Numbered from the stretch's first letter, positions 1 through 9,922 are shown. The stretch is DNA of 64,000 nt from an uncultured cyanobacterium (GCA_963740315.1 CAVUDP010000001.1:800001-864000), one strand, 5' to 3'. The notes: generated by a model from the letters alone, not told the origin. Made by a program: numbers and translations.

Positions 1-1290
1 AGTTATCTATGGTTGGTAGATACTTTCACGGGTGAGAAAAAACGGCTATTACCCAAAGCAGGTGAGGAAAAGATTTCTTACGATGGCGCTTATTTTAGTA
101 AGGATGGCAAAGGTTTATATGTAATTTGCGATCGCGATTCCGAGTTTGCCCGGCTAGCTTATGTTGAACTCGATACTTTGCAGCATACCTATCTGAGCAA
201 AAAGTTTCGTTGGGATGTTACCGATTTTGACCTTTCCGATGATGGTAATTTTCTCGCTTTTGTCACTAATGAAGATGGAACTGGAGTATTACATATATTA
301 AATACTGCTAGCCGTCGTTTTAAACGTTTACCAAAGCTTCCTGTTGGGCAAATTTACGGTATTCGATGGCATAATAACAACCAAGATTTAGGCTTTACGC
401 TGATTTCAGCCAAATATACCGCCGATGCTTATTCTTTGAATATTCGCAACAATAAAGTTCAACGCTGGACTCAAAGCGAAACTGGCGGTTTAAATACTAG
501 CAGCTTCTCAGATGCTGAATTGGTAAGGTGGAAGAGTTTCGACGGTAGAACAATTTCCGGCTTTTTATATCGTCCTCCCGCTAAGTTTACAGGTAAACGC
601 CCGGTAATAATTAACATTCACGGCGGTCCCGAATCGCAATTTAGACCTTCTTTCCTCGGACGTTATAATTACTACCTGAATGAATTGGGGGTTGCAGTTT
701 TATTTCCTAACGTGCGGGGTTCGACTGGATACGGTAAAACTTTTACTAAGTTAGATAACGGGTTTCGTCGGGAAGATTCTGTTAAGGATATCGGTGCGTT
801 ACTTGATTGGATAGCGACGCAACCGCAATTAGATGCAAATAAAATTTTAGTTACCGGGGGAAGTTACGGTGGCTATATGTCTTTAGCTGTAGCGACGAAA
901 TACAGCGATAAAATCAAAGCTGCAATTGATATTGTTGGTATTTCCAATTTTGTGACTTTTCTCGAAAATACTAAAGGTTATCGAAGAGATTTACGAAGAG
1001 TGGAATATGGAGACGAAAGAGATCCGAAAATGCGCGAGTTTCTCCAAAAGATTTCTCCTACAAATAATGCCGATAATATTAAAGTGCCGTTATTTGTGAT
1101 TCACGGTAAAAATGACCCCAGAGTACCGTTAATTGAAGCCGAACAAATAGTAAAAACGGTGAGAAAGAATGAAGTACCAGTGTGGTATTTAATGGCGAAA
1201 GATGAGGGGCATGGGTTTAGTAAAAAGAAGAATATTGACTTTCAATTTTATTCTACGGTAATGTTTATTAAGGAGTTTTTGATGAAATAG
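1..1290 (+). CDS. S9 family (prolyl oligopeptidase-like) peptidase, 5' part outside window
   Basis: Beta-propeller-like region followed by IHGGPE, catalytic GGSYGG, HGKNDPRV and EGHGF motifs. Confidence 0.92.
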   Translation, partial: SYLWLVDTFTGEKKRLLPKAGEEKISYDGAYFSKDGKGLYVICDRDSEFARLAYVELDTLQHTYLSKKFRWDVTDFDLSDDGNFLAFVTNEDGTGVLHILNTASRRFKRLPKLPVGQIYGIRWHNNNQDLGFTLISAKYTADAYSLNIRNNKVQRWTQSETGGLNTSSFSDAELVRWKSFDGRTISGFLYRPPAKFTGKRPVIINIHGGPESQFRPSFLGRYNYYLNELGVAVLFPNVRGSTGYGKTFTKLDNGFRREDSVKDIGALLDWIATQPQLDANKILVTGGSYGGYMSLAVATKYSDKIKAAIDIVGISNFVTFLENTKGYRRDLRRVEYGDERDPKMREFLQKISPTNNADNIKVPLFVIHGKNDPRVPLIEAEQIVKTVRKNEVPVWYLMAKDEGHGFSKKKNIDFQFYSTVMFIKEFLMK

Positions 1291-1351
1291 GGCATTGTAA
1301 GATAATTATGATGTCAATTGTCCCATGTTTTTTTATTATTAGGACTTAGGT

Positions 1352-1385
1352 AAGCCCCCCTTAAATAAGGGGGGTTGGGGGGATC
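1352..1385. repeat. Dispersed hairpin repeat (AAGCCCCCCTT..AAGGGGGGTTGGGGGGATC family)
   Basis: Same motif recurs at about 8960-9024 and 27865-27898. Confidence 0.75.
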
Positions 1386-1470
1386 TGAACGTCTGAAATA
1401 CTAGTTTTCCCTTACTATTATTATTAAAAAGCTGTTTAATAGTTTATAGATGATATTTTGGGTGTGATAA

Positions 1471-2245
1471 ATGAAAACAGATACCCTATTTTACGAATTG
1501 ATTAGGGAATTACCACAAGTGTTTTTTGAACTTATAGGTAAACCTGAAACAAATTTAGAAAACTACTCTTTTACAGTACCAGAAGTTAAGCAGCAATCAT
1601 TTCGGTTAGACGGTTTATTTTCTACTTTAAAAGGATTTGAAAACGAACCGCTGTATTTTGTTGAACTGCCTGCCTTATAAAGACGAGGAATTTTACGAAC
1701 GGTTATTTGGGGAAATCTTTGTTTATTTTCGTCAATATAAACCTGCTAATTCTCAATGGTATGCAATTGTTATTTATGATAGGCGCAGTCATGAAACTGA
1801 ACCACATCCGCGCTATCAGCTTTTAATAGAAAATTATGTACGTCGTATTTACCTTAATGAGCTATCGAATGATGATTCTTTAGAAATTGGAATAGTCAAG
1901 TTACTTGCTGAAACTCCAACCAAGACTACGCCATTAGCTCAAAAATTGGTTAATAAAGCAAAGACAGAATTAACAGATGAAAGCATTCAACAGAAAGTGC
2001 TAGCATTTATCCAAAGCATTATAGTTTATAAATTCCCCAATCTGACTCAGGAGGAAATCGAAGCCATGTTTGATTTAGGTGAAGATATCAAAAACACTGG
2101 TTACTATCAAAGTATTTTGAAAAAAACTAAGTTACAAGTTGTTCCAAGTCTTGTTGAGAAAGGACTTAGTATTCAGGAGATTGCTGAAATGTTTGAATTG
2201 GATGTTGAAGAAGTTAGAAAAGTAGCAAGAGGAGAATTGCAATAA
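1471..2245 (+). pseudogene. Rpn/DUF2887 PD-(D/E)XK recombination-promoting nuclease family, frameshifted
   Basis: MKTDTLFY..FRLDGLF..PLYFVE in 1471-1680 continues as YKDEEFYERLFGEIF in another frame; one extra base near 1670-1676. Confidence 0.85.
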
Positions 2246-2345
2246 GTCATTTTACCACCTGGGAATCTGTTCCCAGGTTTATTGCTAAAAGCGTAATTAC
2301 TCCATATTCACGAATTTACATATAGCCACATTCCCAATATTTTAA

Positions 2346-2519
2346 CTAAGGTGTTGAAGGTGATGACTGCTGAACCCATCTAATATCATCTAATGCACGT
2401 TCATAATTAGAATTGTCCTTCTGTTGTTTAAAAATTTCTGCTGCTTTCTGATAGTCTGCAAGTGCTTTCTGCTTGTCTCCAAGTCTATGGTACAGCCGCC
2501 CTCGCTGGGAGTAGGCACC
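2346..2519 (-). pseudogene. C-terminal remnant of a TPR protein
   Basis: Manual translation GAYSQRGRLYHRLGDKQKALADYQKAAEIFKQQKDNSNYERALDDIRWVQQSSPSTP*; no start codon. Confidence 0.7.
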
Positions 2520-2667
2520 AACGGTTGCGACGGAGCTTTATATTTTTTTTGAACAAATTAAAAGTATTAGCGCTTCCAAAGCAATTATCAATCCCACTCT
2601 GCTTTAAAATAGCTCATAGGTTCAATTAATCGAGCTTTACTTCTGTGATTCGTGACTTTAAAATTCA

Positions 2668-3408
2668 ATGAAACTTAGGGCTAAAATAACTACTGGTTGG
2701 AATTACCAAAAATCTAAATCATGGACGGCTCAACAACTACATGAAGCTGCTTTAAGAGATGAAAACTATCTTGAATTTCTCTCTAGTCAAATCCAGCAGC
2801 ATCAAATTAGCGATATTTATTGTTTAGATCAACTTTTTCGCAAAAACACTAGAGGCTTCAAACCGCTCAAGAAATTTGTTGCTACCTTAAGTGAAATTGA
2901 AGGCGATCGCGATCTGACTTGTCACATTGATGTTTTTGCCTATAGTTTTCTCAAACAAGCTAAGAATTTTGATTGGATATTACCCTTTGAGATTAAAAAC
3001 AACAAAGAGTTTATCGAAACAATCCGCAACTGGTTGGGGATTATCAGGCAACTTGAAAATTTCGAGCGGTTTGGTCACGATCTTCCACAATCATTAGCTA
3101 GCAAGTATTTAGCTCTCAGACAAATTATTTCGAGGCTCTCGGTGCGGGATGAAATTAGAACTTTAGCAATTTTGTTAATTAGCGGTCCTTCAACTTTAAA
3201 GGAAATATCTGAAGATTTAGGACTTCACTATAGTATGGGAGTTAGAAGTATTGCTGTTTTTATAAATATAGAAATTGTCAAACAATCGGGACAAATCTAT
3301 CACATTTGCCCTGAATTCTTACCTGTAGTAATCTTTTGTATTCGCGAAACAGTTGGCTTAGATTTACTAAGTAATTATAATTTAGAATCAGAAATAATCA
3401 ACAATTAA
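2668..3408 (+). CDS. Hypothetical protein with probable C-terminal winged HTH
   Basis: LLISGPSTLKEISEDLGLHYSMGVRSIAVF resembles an ArsR/MarR-like wHTH. Confidence 0.55.
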   Translation: MKLRAKITTGWNYQKSKSWTAQQLHEAALRDENYLEFLSSQIQQHQISDIYCLDQLFRKNTRGFKPLKKFVATLSEIEGDRDLTCHIDVFAYSFLKQAKNFDWILPFEIKNNKEFIETIRNWLGIIRQLENFERFGHDLPQSLASKYLALRQIISRLSVRDEIRTLAILLISGPSTLKEISEDLGLHYSMGVRSIAVFINIEIVKQSGQIYHICPEFLPVVIFCIRETVGLDLLSNYNLESEIINN

Positions 3409-3434
3409 ACCGTTCTTTACTAATAATCAACACT

Positions 3435-4349
3435 TTGACGATGGAAGACATACAAAAAGCCATAACAAAGCCTGAATTTTTAATTTATTTATTAATTTAT
3501 TTAGGGACAATTATTGGCACTCAACTGCTCTACTCACTAGGTATTTACTTACGTCAGAGTAGGACTAATAAACGACGTTTTGCTCGCGGTTTACCAGGAA
3601 CAATATTAATTCACCATGCAGAAAAACAATCCTCTCGTCGCATTGATGTTTTAATTCAAAACTTTCTTCTATTAGCTTCAGTTTTTATTGTTCCTTTTTT
3701 GTTAGTTTCTATCAGTTCTCTTGAGGATGCGGATAAAAGTAGCTTACTTCTGGTTTTTGTCCTTTTATTAATTTGGATTTTCGTTAACGGCACCGATTTG
3801 ATTAAAGCCTTTTTCAACGGTCTAGCTTTCAAAACTATTACTGCTTTTACACAGCCTTTTCAAATTGGCGATCGCGTTAATCTTAAAGGTGTTAAAGGTA
3901 AAGTAGTTAAGTTTAATACTTTTTTTGTCGTCTTGATAACACCTGATGACGATCTTATTAGTATACCTACTCATACCCTTTGGAATGAAGTTTTAAACTC
4001 TGCTAATTCTGGCAGTCGTTCTTCTTTGTGTGTGATAAATTTTTACCTAGCTTCTTTTAATACTGCCGAGCAACGGCAGGCTGCTGAAGATACTATTTGG
4101 GATGCGATACAATCTTCTGTTTATTACGAACCTTCTTTACCGATGCAAATTTATCTGAGCCAAACTCCTGATGCCATTAAGTTGACAGCCAAAGCCTACG
4201 TCGCCTCTACTTATAACGAACCTCTTTTTAGCAGCGATGTTACTCGTGCTTTTTTAGATTTTGCTTCCAAAGCGAACATTGCTTTAGCTCCAAGTGCGTG
4301 GGAGGTAGGTGTAGAACATAGTTATGTCGCAAAAAGTAGAAAAGCTTAA
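3435..4349 (+). CDS. MscS-family mechanosensitive ion channel
   Basis: Three hydrophobic helices, then PFQIGDRVNLKGVKGKVVKFNTFFVVLITPDDDLISIPT (MscS beta domain). Confidence 0.85.
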   Translation: MTMEDIQKAITKPEFLIYLLIYLGTIIGTQLLYSLGIYLRQSRTNKRRFARGLPGTILIHHAEKQSSRRIDVLIQNFLLLASVFIVPFLLVSISSLEDADKSSLLLVFVLLLIWIFVNGTDLIKAFFNGLAFKTITAFTQPFQIGDRVNLKGVKGKVVKFNTFFVVLITPDDDLISIPTHTLWNEVLNSANSGSRSSLCVINFYLASFNTAEQRQAAEDTIWDAIQSSVYYEPSLPMQIYLSQTPDAIKLTAKAYVASTYNEPLFSSDVTRAFLDFASKANIALAPSAWEVGVEHSYVAKSRKA

Positions 4350-4361
4350 ATAACTTTCTAG

Positions 4362-7300
4362 TTATTTACAGAGGTTCTTCTCGCTTTCTTTAGCATTGGA
4401 TTCAAGATAATCTTTTACTTGTAGGCAAGCAGCCTTCATTAGTTGATCTAAATCTAATTGCAACTCTCGCAAATCCCACAGGATTAACGTTCCGTAATCG
4501 CTAGCTGAGATAAGAGTTTTACCGTCAGAACTAAAACTAACACTAGTGACTGGCTTATTCTCTTCGTTTGAGGTTTGGAGTTCTTCACCATCAAGGTTCG
4601 CGTTTAAGGTTTGGAGTTCTTTACCATCAAGGTTCGCGTTTAAGGTTTGGAGTTCTTTACCATCTTTGTTAAAACTAACACTATTGACTGGCTTATTGTC
4701 TGGGTTTAAGGTTTGGAATTCTTTACCATCTTTGCTCCACCAAAGCTTTACGGTACCGTCTTCACTCGCAGTTGCAATAATTTTTCCGTTGGGGCTAAAA
4801 GCGACGCTTGAAACATTTTTATGTGCTTTGAGGGTTTTGGATTCTTCGCCATCAAGGTTCCAGAGTTTGATGGTATCATCATTACTAGCAGAGGCAATTG
4901 TTTTTCCGTCGGGACTCCAAGCTACACTCCACACCGAATCATCATGTCCCTTAAGTGTTTTGAGTTGTTGACCGTTTTTGTTCCATAGTTTAATAGTTTT
5001 ATCTTTACTACCAGAAGCAATGGTATTTCCGTCGGGACTCCAAGCTACACTGTTGACATAATCCTTATGTCCTTCGAGAGTTTTGAATACTTGACCATTT
5101 TTGTCCCATAGTTTAATAGTATAATCATCACTACCAGAGGCAATGGTTTTTCCGTTGGGACTCCAAGCTACACTCCACACCGAATCATCATGTCCTTCGA
5201 GAGTTTTGAATACTTGACCATTTTTGTTCCAGAGTTTAATTGTCTTGTCGTAACTTCCAGAAGCAATCGTCTTTCCGTCGGGACTAAAACTAAGGCTAGA
5301 AACTTCACCCGTATGTTTGATTTTTGTTGGAATCAATTTCCATTTCCCCTGCTTCAACGTCCAGATTCCGATGGTACCGTCCGCTGTACCAGCAGCAATG
5401 GTATTTCCTTTTAAGTTCCAAGCAACGCTCGAGAATAATGCTTGATTATATTCCTCAAACTTTTTAAGTTTCTTATTCGATAAGCTCCAAAGCCTGACAG
5501 TATTATCCTCGCTAGCAGTAGCTATTTTCTTTCCGTCAGGGCTGAATTTGATGCTATTGATTGAAGCGTCATGACCTTTGAGGGTTTGGAGGGGTTGTTT
5601 CTGTTCTCCTCCCCTTGTGTGCCAAATTTTAACAGTATTGTCGGCATTTGCAAACGCAATAGTATTCCCGTCGGGACTCCAAGCTATACTCCGGACGGAA
5701 TTATTACGTGTTCCAAGAGTTATGGTTTCCTCTTCCTCTATGTTCCAGAGTTTAACATTCTTATTACTAGTAAAGGCAATAGTCTTCCCGTCAGGACTAA
5801 AACTACCGCTATAAACTGTAATATTTTTACCTATGTTTTTGTCTTCTGGTATGGCTTTAACTACTTGACCATTATTAACATTCAAAAGTTTGATTTTATC
5901 ACCTTCAATAGCAGAAGCAATTGTCTTACCATCGGGGCTGAAGCTGAAACTTGTAATGTTTTCTCCATCGGCTGTAAGGTCTTTCAGAGGATTTCCTTGG
6001 CTATTCCAGAGTACAATCTTCTTATTATCCGAATATCGAGAGGCTATAGTTTTTCTGCGGGCACTCCAAGTTACATTCTTGACGGAACCATGCTTTCGGA
6101 GAGTTTTGGTTTTTTCTGACTGCAAGTTGAATATTCTAACAGTGTTTTGATCTCTAGTAAAGACAATAGTTTTGCCGTCAGGACTAAACCTATAGACTCG
6201 ATCGTTACTGCTTAGCTGTATGGTTTTAATTTCCTTGCCGTTAAGATTCCAACGTTTGATTGTACCATTTTCGCTAGCTGATACAATCTGCTTTCCGTCA
6301 CGGCTCCAAGCTACATCAAAGACTTTACCTTGATGTTTTAAACGATTTTGCTCTCTAAATCCATGTTCATAAACTGCTGCCTGTAAAGCTGTTAAAACTA
6401 AACTACGAGTTTCTTGATTTGGGCGCAATCCTTGTTTTAGTATTTGTTCCCCTGCCCTAATGGCTTCAATTAGAGCATCAAACTTGAGATTTTTATCATA
6501 TAGCATCGAGGATAATCGAATTAGAGAATAAATCTGACGTTCAAGAGCTGCTTCGGCTTTTTTCTTCTGCTTTTGGGCATTTTTCTTCTCCTCTTCAGCA
6601 TTTTTCTCAGCCTTTTCAGCGTCTTCCTGAGCTTTTAGGGCTTTTTCCTTAGCATTTAGGGCATTTTTCTTCTGCTCTTCAGCAATTGCCTTAGCTTTTA
6701 GGGCATTTTTCGTCTGAGATTCAGCATTTACCCTCTCCTGCCATGCGGATACACCAAAACCAACGGCAACCAAAAGTGCAATACTAACGGCACCAAGAAA
6801 AAACTTTTGTTTTTTAGCACTTTTTTTCTGTTCGGCTATTTTCTCCTGCTGTAAAAGCAGCATTCTTTCTTGTCGGCGTTTTTCTTCTTCTTCTGCTCGC
6901 TCAATGGCATTTTGACTGGCTTGAATAAACTCTTTCTGAATAAAATTTACAGCAGGTTTTTTCTTTTTATCTTCTGTTTCTTCTAACCAGTTTTGAGCAA
7001 TTATTAAGTTACTACCCCGCAATAATAAATCATCATTTTTATTCTTCTGCTCCCACTCTAAAGCTCTTTGTAACCACTTACTATGATTTTGGACGTGTTC
7101 TCTGTCAGTTTCAATTGTTCTGAGCAATTGATTGAAGTTAGCATTAAAATCTTTGTCATTGCTGTTAAAATCAATCCATTGCACTTTTGCTAATTCTGGA
7201 TGTAAATCGCTGGTATCTACTTCCCGATGCAGCACCGTCACAAAGCGTTTATTCAACGAAGCTGCATACTCTACTTCCGAATTACAGTAAGGCGAATTTA

Positions 7301-8804
7301 GAGAACGCGGTGAGATAATAAATACAAAATTATCGGATATTTTAATTCCTCTATTAATTTCTTGTTGAAAATCACTCCCTGATGCTATACTTTCTTGATC
7401 GAACCAAGTCGTTTTTCCCTGTAGCTGTAAAGCATCATTCAACTTTCTCGCTAAGTCTGAGTCAGCACGGGAGTAGGAAATAAACACATCGAGCGATTCT
7501 AATGGAGGTTGTTGCAGACTTGCGGCAATAAATTCTGATTGTAATGGAATGGGTGGATGCTGTGTCCTTTTTTGTGCTACTTCCAACCAAGTTTCGGCGC
7601 TGTGCAGGTTATATCCCCGTAGTAAAATACTAGGATTTTGATTTTGCTGTTGCCATTTCAAGGCTTTAGTTAACAGGATTTTATGCTCGTTGTGGTAAGC
7701 TGCATCCTCATATAATATTTTCAGTAATTCGCTTTCATCGAGTTGATAATCAGCTTCAGTAAGATTATCCGTCAAGTCAATATACTGTAAATCCTGCAAT
7801 GCAGATGGTAATTCTAAATTGTCAGTTGTTTGTACCAGCAGGGGAATAATCCGCTTATTGAATTCAACAGCTAAATCCAATTCTTGCTGAGTGTAAGTGG
7901 ATTTGACTGCATGAGGAGAAAGTAAATAAACCAAGTTATCGGCTTTTTCAATCCCCTGTTTAATCGAGTTGACAAAATCTTCCCCTGTTTTAATATCTGT
8001 CGTATTTGTCCAAACCGTAATACCTTCTCGTCTTAAACTAGCGCGAATTTTCTCCATTGTGGCTCTATCTTCCTCAGCATAGGAGAGGAATACCTGAGTC
8101 ATCAAATTATTACCATTTTTGATGCTTTCGGTAATGTATTCGCAATGCAAATCGCTGGGAAGACAAGGTGGTTGAGAATCTTTGAAGCGGATTTTCAACC
8201 AAGCTTGAGCCTTTTGCTTTTCTTCCCCAGTTAACAAGTACCTTGTTTGCTTTTGATTCCTCTCCCATTCCAAAGCTTTATTTAAAAACCTGGTATGCTG
8301 TTGTACATAATCTCTATGTAAATCAAGTAAATCAATTAAATCTGCGAGGGATTTGTCAAAATCATTTTTATCCTCTTGGAAATACACCCAGTTAATCTTA
8401 CCGATTGTCGGGTGCATATTCACAAAAGATGTGTGTTTCCCTTGTGTTTTGTATGCCTCCCAATCTTGTAAACTACCATTGGGATATCTAGAAAGCCAAG
8501 TTTCCCGATTAATTTCATCGACGTGTAATAAAGGAATAATTCGTTTATTACACTTAATCGCTAATTCTATTTCCTTAAGACAATAGGGGGAATTGATTGA
8601 ATGGGGACTAATAACAAACAAGAAAATATCAGCTTTTTCGATACCATCATCAATTTGATTTTGGAAATCAACACCCAAAGGAATATCGTTAAAATCGAAC
8701 CAAACTTCCAACCCATGTTTGTTTAAGCTAGATTGAAGTTTTAAGGCAAAATCTTTACTGTCAGCTCGTCCGTAGGAGATGAAAGCATCGAAAAATTTAG
8801 TCAT
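4362..8804 (-). CDS. Triple-TIR + transmembrane helix + WD40-repeat protein
   Basis: Three TIR starts (FDAFISYGRADS, VFLSYAEED, DVFISYSRADS), TM FFLGAVSIALLVAVGFGVSAW, coiled coil, many SPDGKTIASGS..DKTIKLW repeats. Confidence 0.93.
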   Translation of the reverse strand: MTKFFDAFISYGRADSKDFALKLQSSLNKHGLEVWFDFNDIPLGVDFQNQIDDGIEKADIFLFVISPHSINSPYCLKEIELAIKCNKRIIPLLHVDEINRETWLSRYPNGSLQDWEAYKTQGKHTSFVNMHPTIGKINWVYFQEDKNDFDKSLADLIDLLDLHRDYVQQHTRFLNKALEWERNQKQTRYLLTGEEKQKAQAWLKIRFKDSQPPCLPSDLHCEYITESIKNGNNLMTQVFLSYAEEDRATMEKIRASLRREGITVWTNTTDIKTGEDFVNSIKQGIEKADNLVYLLSPHAVKSTYTQQELDLAVEFNKRIIPLLVQTTDNLELPSALQDLQYIDLTDNLTEADYQLDESELLKILYEDAAYHNEHKILLTKALKWQQQNQNPSILLRGYNLHSAETWLEVAQKRTQHPPIPLQSEFIAASLQQPPLESLDVFISYSRADSDLARKLNDALQLQGKTTWFDQESIASGSDFQQEINRGIKISDNFVFIISPRSLNSPYCNSEVEYAASLNKRFVTVLHREVDTSDLHPELAKVQWIDFNSNDKDFNANFNQLLRTIETDREHVQNHSKWLQRALEWEQKNKNDDLLLRGSNLIIAQNWLEETEDKKKKPAVNFIQKEFIQASQNAIERAEEEEKRRQERMLLLQQEKIAEQKKSAKKQKFFLGAVSIALLVAVGFGVSAWQERVNAESQTKNALKAKAIAEEQKKNALNAKEKALKAQEDAEKAEKNAEEEKKNAQKQKKKAEAALERQIYSLIRLSSMLYDKNLKFDALIEAIRAGEQILKQGLRPNQETRSLVLTALQAAVYEHGFREQNRLKHQGKVFDVAWSRDGKQIVSASENGTIKRWNLNGKEIKTIQLSSNDRVYRFSPDGKTIVFTRDQNTVRIFNLQSEKTKTLRKHGSVKNVTWSARRKTIASRYSDNKKIVLWNSQGNPLKDLTADGENITSFSFSPDGKTIASAIEGDKIKLLNVNNGQVVKAIPEDKNIGKNITVYSGSFSPDGKTIAFTSNKNVKLWNIEEEETITLGTRNNSVRSIAWSPDGNTIAFANADNTVKIWHTRGGEQKQPLQTLKGHDASINSIKFSPDGKKIATASEDNTVRLWSLSNKKLKKFEEYNQALFSSVAWNLKGNTIAAGTADGTIGIWTLKQGKWKLIPTKIKHTGEVSSLSFSPDGKTIASGSYDKTIKLWNKNGQVFKTLEGHDDSVWSVAWSPNGKTIASGSDDYTIKLWDKNGQVFKTLEGHKDYVNSVAWSPDGNTIASGSKDKTIKLWNKNGQQLKTLKGHDDSVWSVAWSPDGKTIASASNDDTIKLWNLDGEESKTLKAHKNVSSVAFSPNGKIIATASEDGTVKLWWSKDGKEFQTLNPDNKPVNSVSFNKDGKELQTLNANLDGKELQTLNANLDGEELQTSNEENKPVTSVSFSSDGKTLISASDYGTLILWDLRELQLDLDQLMKAACLQVKDYLESNAKESEKNLCK

Positions 8805-8936
8805 TAACGGCTTGCCTATTTTATGTAAAAATACTTAATTTTAAACTCATAAATTATAATACAACATTTGAGTGATGCGTGAGGCTACAAACCAGCGTTA
8901 CTTCGTTCAATTTTTTCTCATAGCGTCACGCAACTT

Positions 8937-9063
8937 ACAATACTACTCGGTGAAGGGGAGATCCTCCCTAACCCTCCTTAAAAAGGAGGGAACTAAGCCC
9001 CCTTTTTAAGGGGGTTTGGGGGATTTAACGATTGCGTTCAATTCCTTAACCGAGCAGTATTGT
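8937..9063. mobile_element. MITE with 20-bp terminal inverted repeats containing a nested hairpin repeat
   Basis: ACAATACTACTCGGTGAAGG (8937) vs reverse complement of CCTTAACCGAGCAGTATTGT (9044-9063), 18/20 match. Confidence 0.65.
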
Positions 9064-9112
9064 CACCCACCCTACAATGGAAGTTAAAACCCAGAGGATT
9101 CTATTTAAATAA

Positions 9113-9192
9113 CTATTCCCCATTCCCCATTCCCTATACCCTATACCCCATTCCCCATTCCCTATTCCCCATTCCCCCCGAACCCTATTCCC
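9113..9192. repeat. STRR-type 7-nt tandem repeat (CCCCATT/CCCTATT)
   Basis: Direct inspection; similar heptamer arrays at about 14645, 20709, 21527, 23145, 25094 and 54678. Confidence 0.85.
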
Positions 9193-9922
9193 CAATTAAA
9201 TACGACTTAATCAACTCAGTCGTACTCACAAAACTCTCTTTGAAGTCAAGTATTTGCACCAACCCCGAAGCAACTAATTCCTTAGCACCCTCATCTGTAG
9301 TTTTCCCATCTATGGCAGCACTCAGCGCATCGGCTAATCTTCCACTACCAGCTACAGCCAGCACCTTTCTATTTGCTTTGTGGCTTTCCGATACATCTTT
9401 TCTGGAAATTTCTCCACCGTTAACTAAAACTGCTATAGATGGCGCTCCCTTGGCTATTACAGTAGCTACATTTGCTAACCAAGGTGATTCATCACCCCAG
9501 TCAGAGCCAGGAATAAACACAAAATGACTGTGATTTGGTTCCAATGCTGATACTTCTTCTGGTGGAGGTTGATTGGGAAGAGCTACTTTTCCTATTGGAG
9601 TTACACCAATTAAGGCAAATTGCGCCGATATCTGGGCACGAGCTTGCCCAATCATCTGCATCACACCAAAATCTGTACCACCATCCACAACAGAGGCACC
9701 TAGAGTTTCAATTACCGGAGCCAGCACATTGACAAATAGCGATCGCAAACGGTTTAAATCGGTTTCGCTCATTTTACCTGCACCACCCAAAATTACGAGG
9801 ATGGGGCGCGGATTGTCAAAACCTAGTTCCGACATAGCCGATAATAAGTCCTTTTGAGACTCAACTCGAATCGCAGATGCCGTTAGTCCATTTGACATGG
9901 CAAGCCTAAAGGGTTTTTCCAT
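9185..9922 (-). CDS. SLOG-domain protein of the TRPM-like (LSDAT prokaryotic) clade
   Basis: PRPILVILGGAG, VVDGGTDFGVMQMIGQA, LEPNHSHFVF, VLVNGG, VAGSGRLAD match the TRPM N-terminal SLOG signature. Confidence 0.85.
   Translation of the reverse strand: MEKPFRLAMSNGLTASAIRVESQKDLLSAMSELGFDNPRPILVILGGAGKMSETDLNRLRSLFVNVLAPVIETLGASVVDGGTDFGVMQMIGQARAQISAQFALIGVTPIGKVALPNQPPPEEVSALEPNHSHFVFIPGSDWGDESPWLANVATVIAKGAPSIAVLVNGGEISRKDVSESHKANRKVLAVAGSGRLADALSAAIDGKTTDEGAKELVASGLVQILDFKESFVSTTELIKSYLIGE

Noticed and set aside
4546..6150. Plus-strand ORFs antisense to the WD40 repeats
   Set aside because: Shadow frames of the repetitive coding strand.
9060..9857. Plus-strand ORFs including a Pro-rich 155-aa one
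   Set aside because: Derived from STRR heptamer repeats and antisense to the SLOG gene.
4362..9922. Canonical Thoeris system
   Set aside because: No SIR2 or Macro/TM ThsA effector; the SLOG is of the TRPM-like clade and the TIRs are fused to TM-WD40.
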